From the NCBI GenBank assembly GCA_016188915.1, contig JACPGU010000001.1:123106-187105 (forward strand): DNA of 64,000 nucleotides, given 5' to 3'. The notes beneath the pieces are model-generated. The model saw only the letters and a program-made list of their open reading frames with translations. It was not told where the DNA came from and ran no database searches. Positions 1-7,504 of the stretch are shown here, in pieces. The DNA comes from Candidatus Microgenomates bacterium (GTDB taxonomy: Bacteria; Patescibacteriota; JACPGU01). The stretch's first letter is position 1; the number at the start of each line of letters is the position of its first letter. Position numbers and translations under genes: made by a program.

Positions 1-481
1 CCCAGCGCCCGGCCATGCGCAATCCCTTGATAGTTCTTTGCGGAAAACGCGAGCCAATAGAGCCAACTTTTCTTTGTTCGGGATGCCCGTGGCCGGCAGG
101 ATGACCGCGAAAACCATATCTCTTGACCGGGCCGGTAAAGCCATGGCCTTTGATTAGGCCACTGATTTTTACCTTGTCGCCCTTGGCGAAAAGTGAAGTA
201 TCAAAATGGTCACCTATCTGATTTTCAGCTATTTTTTCCAACCTCACTTCTTTTAAGTGACGCAGGATTTCGCCTGATTTTTTCAAATGGCCAGTTTTGG
301 GCTTGTTGGCTTTTTTAATCTTTTCAAAACCAACTTGTAGAGCATTGTAGCCGTCTTTTTCTTCTGTTTTGACAGCCGTTACAACACATGGCCCCGCCTC
401 CACTACAGTTATCGGAGTAATTTTGCCATTTTCTCCGATGATACTGGTCATACCAATTTTTTTGCCTAGTAAAAATTTCAT
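1..481 (-). CDS. rplC: 50S ribosomal protein L3 (3' end truncated by window start)
   Basis: Reverse-strand translation from ATG at 481 gives MKFLLGKKIGMTSIIGENGKITPITVVEAGPCVV...GFRGHPAGHGHPEQRKVGSIGSRFP, a typical L3. It lies directly downstream of rpsJ as in the S10 operon. The ORF runs off the window. Confidence 0.85.
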   Translation of the reverse strand, partial: MKFLLGKKIGMTSIIGENGKITPITVVEAGPCVVTAVKTEEKDGYNALQVGFEKIKKANKPKTGHLKKSGEILRHLKEVRLEKIAENQIGDHFDTSLFAKGDKVKISGLIKGHGFTGPVKRYGFRGHPAGHGHPEQRKVGSIGSRFPQRTIKGLRMAGRW

Positions 482-621
482 CACCATAAAATGATTATTG
501 AGCGGAAACAAAAAGGCCGGCAGAACCACCACGGCTCTATCGGCCATCTGGCTCTTACTTATCACCTTAAAGATGATAGTATAAGATTTCTACTTTTTAT
601 TTTTTTCAAATTTCAAATTTG

Positions 622-993
622 TTACATCTTGATCTCAATATCCACTCCCGCGGGCAAATTGAGATTCATCAGGGAATCAATCGTTTTCTGGCCGGCATCA
701 AATATATCAATCAATCTTTTATGGATTCTCATGGAAAATTGCTCTTGAGAATTTTTATGAACAAAAGTTGAACGCAAAACAGAATAAAGGTTTCTTTCTG
801 TCGGCAGAGGGATAGGCCCCGCCACGTTTGCCCCTGTTCTTTTGACTGTTTCTAAAATCTGCGCCGCCGACTGATCCAAGACTTTGTGGTCGTAAGATTT
901 CAATCGCAAACGCACTCTTTGGCCAAATTGCTTTTCCGCTTTTTTAGGAGCAGAAGCAGATTTTGCTTTTGTTTTGGTAGCAGTTTCCGCCAT
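622..993 (-). CDS. rpsJ: 30S ribosomal protein S10 with Lys/Ala-rich N-terminal extension
   Basis: [17 protein letters not shown]...[25 protein letters not shown] matches the S10 core. It sits between tuf and rplC. Confidence 0.9.
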   Translation of the reverse strand: MAETATKTKAKSASAPKKAEKQFGQRVRLRLKSYDHKVLDQSAAQILETVKRTGANVAGPIPLPTERNLYSVLRSTFVHKNSQEQFSMRIHKRLIDIFDAGQKTIDSLMNLNLPAGVDIEIKM

Positions 994-1039
994 AAAAAAT
1001 CTAAAATTCCTGAAAACTTGGAGTTTTCAGGAATTAATA

Positions 1040-2242
1040 TTACTTGCTAATCTTGGTTACGATACCGGCTCCTACGGTGCGACCGCCTTCGCGAATAGCA
1101 AAGCGCATGCCGTCTTCCATAGCTACCGGTACAATCAATTTGATTTTCAAAGTAACGGTGTCGCCCGGCATTACCATTTCAGCGCCTTCCGGCAATTCTA
1201 CTTCGCCCGTTACATCGGTTGTTCTGATGTAAAATTGTGGCTTGTAGCCTTTGAAAAATGGTGTGTGACGACCGCCTTCCTCTTTAGTCAGAATATACAC
1301 TTCACCTTCAAATTCTGTATGAGGAGTGATGGAACCTGGCTTTGCCAAAACTTGACCTCTCTCAATGTCTTCTTTTTCAATACCGCGGAGCAACACGCCG
1401 ACATTGTCACCAGCTTGGCCTTGGTCGAGCAATTTTCTAAACATCTCCACCCCTGTGACAACTGTTTTTTTAGTATCACGGATACCCACTATTTCAATTT
1501 CTTCATTGACTTTGACAATGCCTCTTTCAATACGACCGGTGGCAACAGTGCCACGTCCTTTGATAGAGAAAACATCTTCTACCGCCATCAAAAATGGCTT
1601 ATCTACTGCTCTTTCTGGCTGCGGGATATAGGTATCCAAAGCAGTGGCCAATTCTATAACAGGACCACAATTTTGGCAATCAGCCTTGCCGCAACCGCAC
1701 TCCAAAGCTTTCAGCGCGGAGCCTTTGACGATAGGCGTGTCTTTACCTGGAAATTCATATTTAGTCAACAGATCCCTGACCTCTTCTTCCACCAAAGAAA
1801 CCAACTCCGGATCGGAAACCATATCAGCTTTGTTTAAGAATACAACGATATATGGAACACCCACTTGACGAGCAAGGAGAATGTGTTCGCGAGTTTGTGG
1901 CATCGGACCATCGGCGGCAGAAACTACCAAAATAGCTCCGTCCATTTGAGCGGCACCAGTAATCATATTCTTGATGTAGTCGGCGTGACCTGGACAGTCT
2001 ACGTGCGCGTAGTGACGATTGGGAGTCTGATATTCTACGTGCGCTGTATTGATAGTAATGCCGCGAGCCTTTTCTTCTGGAGCGGCATCTATTTGGTCAT
2101 AGCCCTTTACTTCAACTTGCTGACCAGAACCAGCCAAAACTTTCGTCAAAGCAGCGGTAAGAGTAGTTTTACCGTGGTCTACGTGTCCAATTGTACCAAC
2201 ATTCAAATGCGGTTTGCTGCGGTCGAATTTTTCTCCTGCCAT
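1040..2242 (-). CDS. tuf: elongation factor Tu
   Basis: [26 protein letters not shown] motifs and full-length EF-Tu similarity. RBS AGGAGGA before ATG. Contains an unusual Cys4 insert (see findings). Confidence 0.97.
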   Translation of the reverse strand: MAGEKFDRSKPHLNVGTIGHVDHGKTTLTAALTKVLAGSGQQVEVKGYDQIDAAPEEKARGITINTAHVEYQTPNRHYAHVDCPGHADYIKNMITGAAQMDGAILVVSAADGPMPQTREHILLARQVGVPYIVVFLNKADMVSDPELVSLVEEEVRDLLTKYEFPGKDTPIVKGSALKALECGCGKADCQNCGPVIELATALDTYIPQPERAVDKPFLMAVEDVFSIKGRGTVATGRIERGIVKVNEEIEIVGIRDTKKTVVTGVEMFRKLLDQGQAGDNVGVLLRGIEKEDIERGQVLAKPGSITPHTEFEGEVYILTKEEGGRHTPFFKGYKPQFYIRTTDVTGEVELPEGAEMVMPGDTVTLKIKLIVPVAMEDGMRFAIREGGRTVGAGIVTKISK

Positions 2243-2557
2243 TTTATCCTCCTGTAAACAAATTTATTTATTTTTTGTAAAATAATATTTTGCTTTGTGT
2301 AGTAAATTTATGGGCAAAAAAATAATGCCTCACAAAGAAACCTTTGCTATGCCTAAATAGCTACAAGCCATTTTACCTAATATTCAGGAGTAGCGCAAGG
2401 GGGATTTTCGCGCTCACTAATTTTATATGATAGTCTTGCACGACCTGCCAATTTTCGCTTCTCGCGACCCGCCTGCCGGCGAGGCAGGGACAGGAATCGT
2501 AGTTCCGTGAGCGAGAAAGAATATAGGCGGGTAATGTCAAGCTTGTCCTATAATTAT

Positions 2558-2586
2558 TTGACACTAACTAACAATACCCCTATAAT
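2558..2586 (+). promoter_or_regulatory. sigma70-like promoter TTGACA-17bp-TATAAT upstream of the PIN toxin-antitoxin pair
   Basis: TTGACA at 2558-2563, exact 17-nt spacer, TATAAT at 2581-2586, ATG at 2606. Confidence 0.5.
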
Positions 2587-2605
2587 TGCTCTTATAATTT
2601 AATTT

Positions 2606-2827
2606 ATGACAACCAAAAGCATTAATATACAAAAAAACTCTATTTCTCTACCTGATTCTTGGAAAAACACCCGGGCTTTTGTTTCTATTTCCTCCGATTC
2701 TTTAGTACTAAAAAAGATGAAACCTCTAGACCTGACCTCTATCAAAGAAAAAATGAAGGCCGCCGGCAAAAATATTACTCAAAAAGACATCTTTTCTGCC
2801 ACAAAAAAGGCTCGAAAACAAAAATAA
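2606..2827 (+). CDS. putative antitoxin (small protein immediately preceding and abutting PIN toxin gene)
   Basis: 73-aa ORF. Its stop TAA is immediately followed by ATG of the PIN gene at 2828. Gene order antitoxin-toxin is typical of VapBC-like modules. No specific fold recognised. Confidence 0.45.
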   Translation: MTTKSINIQKNSISLPDSWKNTRAFVSISSDSLVLKKMKPLDLTSIKEKMKAAGKNITQKDIFSATKKARKQK

Positions 2828-3244
2828 ATGAATATTGTCTTAGATACCAATATCATCATTTCGGGACTTTTGTGGAAAGGAAACGCAAAAGTTCTTTTTG
2901 ATTTCATTGAAGAAAACGAATTTACTATTTGTTTAACTCCCAAAATACTTGACGAAATAAAACGAGTTTTGGAGTATCCTAGAATAAAAAAACAACTCGA
3001 AAAAGTCTCTCTAGAGATTAATGAAGTACTCTTTTTTCTCTTGCAATATTCTGAAATATATTCTGATATAGAAATTTTTAAAGTAGTAGCCGACGACCCT
3101 TCTGACGATATGTTTGTCAATTGCGCTCTTCTCTGTGGCTCTCAATATATTATCTCTGGCGATCAGCATCTGTTGAAAATAAAAAAGTTTCAAAATGTGG
3201 CTATACTAACGGTAAGAGAATTTTTAGAAAAACAAAACCCATGA
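2828..3244 (+). CDS. PIN-domain protein (VapC-like toxin)
   Basis: N-terminal LDTNIII, central DDPSDD..VNCAL and IISGDQHLL are acidic-residue signatures of PIN nucleases. Confidence 0.75.
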   Translation: MNIVLDTNIIISGLLWKGNAKVLFDFIEENEFTICLTPKILDEIKRVLEYPRIKKQLEKVSLEINEVLFFLLQYSEIYSDIEIFKVVADDPSDDMFVNCALLCGSQYIISGDQHLLKIKKFQNVAILTVREFLEKQNP

Positions 3245-3798
3245 AAACAAAAACCAAATTCTACTTCTACTTATTATTAAATTTTCCAGGTATTGCGACG
3301 CACGAACTGTCGCATGCTATTTTCTGCTGGCTTTCGGGAGTAAAGGTGACGAAAGTCGTCTTCTTTCAATTCAAAAATCCTCCGGGCTTCGTGGAGCACC
3401 ACCAGCCTCGTGGCGTTCTTCAATCATTTTTCATCTCCTTCGGCCCCTTCTTTTTTGGTAGTTTTGTTTCTCTTTCTATGTTCTGGATTGTAAGTTACAT
3501 GTTGAGAAGTTCTTTTTCTTCATACTTAATACCTGATACTCAATACTTAATACTGATGTTTGTCTCTCTCTACCTCGGTCTCTCCGTCTCCCTCAATCTC
3601 TTTCCCAGCGACGAAGATGCGAAGGTCTTGCTCTCCAATGTCAATTATCATGTCTTGCACCGTTTCAATCCCTTCGCCGTTCTGCTCTATCCTTTTGTTT
3701 TACTAATTCGTCTTTTTAATTTTCTCCGTCGCGTCCATTTTGACTGGGCGTATGCGATCTTTCTTTTTTTGCTAACCTGGTATTTCATCAATGAGTAG
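3241..3798 (+). CDS. multi-pass membrane protein with HExxH motif (putative membrane zinc metallopeptidase, DUF3267-like)
   Basis: Starts ATGA overlapping the PIN stop. THELSHAIFCWLSG contains HExxH, followed by several hydrophobic segments. Confidence 0.5.
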   Translation: MKTKTKFYFYLLLNFPGIATHELSHAIFCWLSGVKVTKVVFFQFKNPPGFVEHHQPRGVLQSFFISFGPFFFGSFVSLSMFWIVSYMLRSSFSSYLIPDTQYLILMFVSLYLGLSVSLNLFPSDEDAKVLLSNVNYHVLHRFNPFAVLLYPFVLLIRLFNFLRRVHFDWAYAIFLFLLTWYFINE

Positions 3799-3825
3799 GA
3801 CACGACGTTCGACCTCGTGTCCTAG
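3796..3825. repeat. palindromic repeat family 1, copy 1 (TAGGACACGACGTTCGACCTCGTGTCCTA, one arm mismatch)
   Basis: Near-perfect 29-nt palindrome. Related copies at 10223-10253 and 49105-49151. Confidence 0.7.
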
Positions 3826-3828
3826 TCA

Positions 3829-3857
3829 TTGAGAGATAAGACAGTGTCTGTTATAAT
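3829..3857 (+). promoter_or_regulatory. sigma70-like promoter TTGAGA-17bp-TATAAT for the Cys-rich gene pair
   Basis: TTGAGA 3829-3834, 17-nt spacer, TATAAT 3852-3857. GGAGA RBS at 3885-3889 then GTG 3896. Confidence 0.5.
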
Positions 3858-3895
3858 GGATAACGAATGACAAAAAAACAGAAAGGAGAAGAACG

Positions 3896-4195
3896 GTGGG
3901 CGAACCCAATGAGATCGTTAACAACCTTGTCGATCCTGAATGTAAATCTTGCCAAGGGACTGGCAAATGTCCCGATGATGATTGCGATGGCGGATTTATT
4001 CCCGGTGATATCGATGCGGAATGCGATCTCCCCCTCGAGATGCAACACATGAGCACCCCCGATCCTTGCAGGATATGCTTTGGAACCGGCAAATGTCTTT
4101 GCGTTCTGCTCAAAGAAAGTCCGGAAAGATGGGGGTCCGTGATCTTCGGAGAAGAGCAGTGGGAAAAAATGGAGAAAGAAAAGACTACGCCATGA
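3896..4195 (+). CDS. small cysteine-rich protein with two CxxCxGTGxC motifs (DnaJ zinc-finger-like); GTG start
   Basis: CKSCQGTGKCPDDDC and CRICFGTGKCLC motifs. Good RBS spacing to GTG. Confidence 0.55.
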   Translation: MGEPNEIVNNLVDPECKSCQGTGKCPDDDCDGGFIPGDIDAECDLPLEMQHMSTPDPCRICFGTGKCLCVLLKESPERWGSVIFGEEQWEKMEKEKTTP

Positions 4196-4398
4196 CCGCT
4201 ACAAAACGCTCGAAAGATTCTTATGCCGATCCAACATGCCCAAGATGCCAGGGCGATGGCAAATGCAATAAATGTGGCGGAGCAAAGACTATACGCTACG
4301 GCAGAGATTCATATATCCTCGGCTATGACGATTTTTGCGACAGATGTAATGGTACCGGTTTCTGCTCTTGTCGCCGACCGCCCAATCCCCTTTTCTGA
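4192..4398 (+). CDS. small cysteine-rich protein, paralog of upstream gene (translationally coupled, ATGA overlap)
   Basis: MTATKRSKDSYADPTCPRCQGDGKCNKCGG...FCDRCNGTGFCSC. ATG 4192 overlaps the TGA of the previous gene. Confidence 0.55.
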   Translation: MTATKRSKDSYADPTCPRCQGDGKCNKCGGAKTIRYGRDSYILGYDDFCDRCNGTGFCSCRRPPNPLF

Positions 4399-4446
4399 TT
4401 TTATGACCACGCGAAACATTTTTATCCTCATCGAACACCGCTCAAA

Positions 4447-4476
4447 AAGAGACCCGCAAGGGTCTCTTAATTTTTT
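4447..4476 (+). terminator. rho-independent terminator after Cys-rich gene pair
   Basis: AAGAGACCC-GCAA-GGGTCTCTT hairpin followed by AATTTTTT. Confidence 0.6.
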
Positions 4477-4518
4477 AGCGCGATTGGCAATTTGACCTAG
4501 CGCCCTATTGTCACTTTT

Positions 4519-4629
4519 CTCCTCATCAATCTCCCCCTCACTTTTTTTTAAAAAATTTCAAACACGACCTATAACTCACGGCTTGCCCCGCATCCTTCAT
4601 GGTGCGTGGGTCGTGAGTTATAGGTCATA
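4519..4629. repeat. repeat family 2, copy A
   Basis: Shares the core ctcatcaatctcc ... ttcaaacacgacctataactcacggc plus the spacer with the copy at 6044-6147, and contains a divergent inverted partner arm (tcgtgagttataggtc). Confidence 0.6.
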
Positions 4630-4650
4630 AGCCTAGCTATCAACGAGCCA

Positions 4651-4680
4651 CAACAAAAAGAGGGAGACGAGTCTCCCTCT
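4651..4680 (-). terminator. rho-independent terminator downstream of 412-aa hypothetical gene
   Basis: AGAGGGAGAC-GA-GTCTCCCTCT hairpin. On the minus strand it is followed by TTTTTG. Confidence 0.5.
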
Positions 4681-4701
4681 AGGATCTTTACGGAAAAGAA
4701 A

Positions 4702-5940
4702 TTATTTCTTGATGGCCTTTTTTATGGCCAGAGCCAAAGCGGCATACAGCTCCGCGGGGGTATAGTCACTCGGTGGCTTCAGACCCTGGATAGCCAAATG
4801 TGCTCGCGCAAAATCTTTCAGTTTCCGCGTGTGCTCAGCGATTGCTATCAGAGCCAAGACCTTGTCGTGATTAAACACTATCCTCGCCATTTCCTTGCGC
4901 GCGGCAGAGAGACACCTCTGACTCAGCCGTATCTTTACGATGGACAGCCGGGCGCGATCCACATCGGCAGAGCTTCGATAATCATTGCATTCAAGACAAG
5001 AATGTACGCTCTTTACAAGAGCATCAACCTCTTCTCGAGTGACGCCAGGAACTGTGGCTTCTGCGCAAAGAAGCTCAATGTAGTCAGAACCATACATCCA
5101 GTTGCTTCTAAGCGACTTTTTTAGGTCATCCGCTTTTTTGGTGTAGGAAGCTCCTTTCCCTTCGTCATTCTTCGCCAGATAGGCGGAAGCGATGAATCTG
5201 TAGGCCAAAGTTTTTTGGTAATCATTCGAAATGTTTTCGGCCACTTCTTCCGCCCCCACAAAATCCCCTATTTTGAGCTGCGCTTTCACTAATGAAAATC
5301 GCGCTTTTGCCATAATCCCAGAGTTACGAATGAGGCAAAGGTTCATCAGGGCTTCCTCTATAAACTTCGCATCCCCGCTTTTTTCTGCCATCATTGCTCG
5401 GCATCGCACTCTGCTTGGGGAGGATGCGGAAGTAAGTTTCCCAAGAGCCTTCTCCGCAAGACCGTCATGCCCGTGCTCAAGCAGAGACTCCACAAGAGAG
5501 GCGGCCATCCAACCATCCTGACGGGCCGACTGAACTTCTTCTAGCGCCCGGTCAAAATCCGCCTTCTCGCCTGTGATGGCCGCGATATAGCAAAGCGTCT
5601 CTTCTTGTCGAGACCATTGCATATCTTTCCTTTTCTCGAGCAACAATCGCACTTCAACGATCAATTCTTCCAATCTTGTCTGAAGTGCAATTTGATTATA
5701 GATGTCAAGCAAAATTTGCAGATCCCGATCGAGACCTGAGCCCCCACCACCTTCCTCGAGTAATCGGTTGTAGTCGCGAAGCAAAACCTGCAATGTCTGA
5801 CTGGAATCTGGGTCGGCGACGATTCTTTCGAGTAATTGTCTTAATTGTCCTACCGTTGGCCTTCTTCCCATCACGCACCTCTTGTTAAAGAATTTCCGCC
5901 AGTAGTTTATTGTGGCGAAATAGCACGCCAAGCGCGCCAT
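4702..5940 (-). CDS. hypothetical alpha-helical protein, higher GC than flanks (likely start at 5871)
   Basis: Long ORF rich in Ala/Leu/Arg/Glu. No recognised domain. Flanked on both sides by repeat family 2. Possible paralog at 58809-60134. Confidence 0.45.
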   Translation of the reverse strand: MARLACYFATINYWRKFFNKRCVMGRRPTVGQLRQLLERIVADPDSSQTLQVLLRDYNRLLEEGGGGSGLDRDLQILLDIYNQIALQTRLEELIVEVRLLLEKRKDMQWSRQEETLCYIAAITGEKADFDRALEEVQSARQDGWMAASLVESLLEHGHDGLAEKALGKLTSASSPSRVRCRAMMAEKSGDAKFIEEALMNLCLIRNSGIMAKARFSLVKAQLKIGDFVGAEEVAENISNDYQKTLAYRFIASAYLAKNDEGKGASYTKKADDLKKSLRSNWMYGSDYIELLCAEATVPGVTREEVDALVKSVHSCLECNDYRSSADVDRARLSIVKIRLSQRCLSAARKEMARIVFNHDKVLALIAIAEHTRKLKDFARAHLAIQGLKPPSDYTPAELYAALALAIKKAIKK

Positions 5941-6043
5941 TTCGCCTACGAACCCCAGCAGATACTGTTATTATAGCGCAAATATTTATAAATACCAAAT
6001 TATATTCGTCCATTTCTTCGTCTCCTCCAGTATCGTCACACCC

Positions 6044-6147
6044 TTTCTCATCAATCTCCACCTAATTTCAAATCAAATTCAAACACGACCTATAACTCAC
6101 GGCCCACGCACCATGAAGGATGCAGGGCAAGCCGTGAGTTAGCGTAG
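6044..6147. repeat. repeat family 2, copy B (internal spacer inverted relative to copy A)
   Basis: Same left arm acacgacctataactcacggc. The spacer ccacgcaccatgaaggatgcagggcaa is the reverse complement of the copy A spacer. Confidence 0.6.
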
Positions 6148-6322
6148 TAGCATAACTGATGGTACTAATGATTCTGTTTATGGCGAATGACTGAAGGCAA
6201 TTCAAGAGTAGTTAAAAATAGTTGCCGGAAGACAAATGCTGTTTATGCAAAAAAACAACCCCGAGGCAAAAGCCCCGGGGCGCGAGAAATAGACGAACGA
6301 ATGACGAGGACGGAGGCGAGGA

Positions 6323-7318
6323 CTACACCCCCAGCGGGGTTCTGCTCTTGGCGCTTTCCGCGCTCTTAGTGCTTTTCTTTTTCCCCTCTTCCTTTTTCCT
6401 CCACTCCCTGTAATCCACGACGAAATCCCAATCGGGGTCTTTAAGGAATCTCAACCATCGCTCGGGGGAAATCTCGTTGAGCCACTCTATGGCGGCAAGG
6501 ATGTCGGACTTCGTCGGCCTGTCATCACCCGTACCCGATATCGCGTCTCTCAATTTCTCTAATGCCTTCGCCACAGCCAGCCGGTACCTTTCAAAAAGAA
6601 TCTCCGCCACGCTCTGGCCTGCGTGTCTTTCCGCGAGAAGCAACAGATCCTTGATCCGCTCCGAAAATATGTTACCTAGTGGTCGCAGGGGTTCTCTTAG
6701 GGAACCGTCTTTAACATAAAAGAAGTCGCCTAAAAAAGAGATCCCCTTCTTCCAATTTGCCGCCCTGAAGTGACAAGAGAGCCATTCGGTGGAAGGGTCA
6801 GGGTAATCCGAATACAGCTTCAGAAGGAATTTTTGACTCCTCATCCAGTAAAATTCTGTCATACCTACGATGCCCAGAAAATTACCGAGGGAGTACTCCT
6901 TTACTTCTTTGTTGCCCTCGTCCAAGATGAAAACCTTGCAATTATTCATGGAGGACCCTTGCCTGATATGTCCGAGAATGATTTCTCGCATTCTTTTTTC
7001 AACTACGCCGGATCCTTCATTCCTGCTCCAGTAAGCAATCTTTTTGACGATCAGAATCGCCTTGTGGTGGTAATAGGCAGCATTAAACGCCGCCATCAAA
7101 GAAGCAAGGGATAGGGGGATAGAGGAAGAACTGATTATTGGATGCATATGCTTCCAATAAATCAAATCGCCGAGAAAGAATAATCCGCCAAGCAAACTGA
7201 GAACGGCCCAACAAAGATACCAGAACATCACAACCTCCTTTTGCCTTGCTGTCTTGTCCTTTTTGCCTTTTTTTTCGAGTTGCCTCGAGATCATGCAAAC
7301 CGAACTACAGCCCGACAA
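6323..7318 (-). CDS. hypothetical membrane-anchored protein, higher GC
   Basis: Long ORF with an N-terminal hydrophobic segment. No recognisable motif. Confidence 0.4.
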   Translation of the reverse strand: MSGCSSVCMISRQLEKKGKKDKTARQKEVVMFWYLCWAVLSLLGGLFFLGDLIYWKHMHPIISSSSIPLSLASLMAAFNAAYYHHKAILIVKKIAYWSRNEGSGVVEKRMREIILGHIRQGSSMNNCKVFILDEGNKEVKEYSLGNFLGIVGMTEFYWMRSQKFLLKLYSDYPDPSTEWLSCHFRAANWKKGISFLGDFFYVKDGSLREPLRPLGNIFSERIKDLLLLAERHAGQSVAEILFERYRLAVAKALEKLRDAISGTGDDRPTKSDILAAIEWLNEISPERWLRFLKDPDWDFVVDYREWRKKEEGKKKSTKSAESAKSRTPLGV

Positions 7319-7391
7319 AACACGGTTTTTCTTGAGCAGGGCAACCGCGAAACCATCGTCCTTATTTTAAGGATCGATACCAACTGTTCTA

Positions 7392-7420
7392 ATTATACGC
7401 TCAACAAAGCTAAATGTCAA
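7392..7420 (-). promoter_or_regulatory. sigma70-like promoter (minus strand) TTGACA-17-TATAAT
   Basis: Plus strand tgtcaa at 7415-7420 and attata at 7392-7397 with a 17-nt spacer. Drives the gene starting at 7318. Confidence 0.5.
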
Positions 7421-7424
7421 GAAA

Positions 7425-7455
7425 GTCAAAAAGGGGTGGGTTAGAAACCCGCCCC
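7425..7455 (-). terminator. rho-independent terminator downstream of fusA
   Basis: GGGGTGGGTT-AGAA-ACCCGCCCC hairpin (G-U pairs in RNA) followed on the minus strand by TTTTTG. Confidence 0.6.
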
Positions 7456-7504
7456 TACAATTTCTTAATTTTTTATTTTTTTATTTTTTTATTTTCTCCC
7501 CCCC

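Noticed and set aside
3121-3240. Longer N-terminus (from 3121) for the HExxH membrane protein
   Set aside because: It would overlap the PIN gene by 120 nt in another frame. The ATG at 3241 gives the typical ATGA coupling and a sensible N-terminus.
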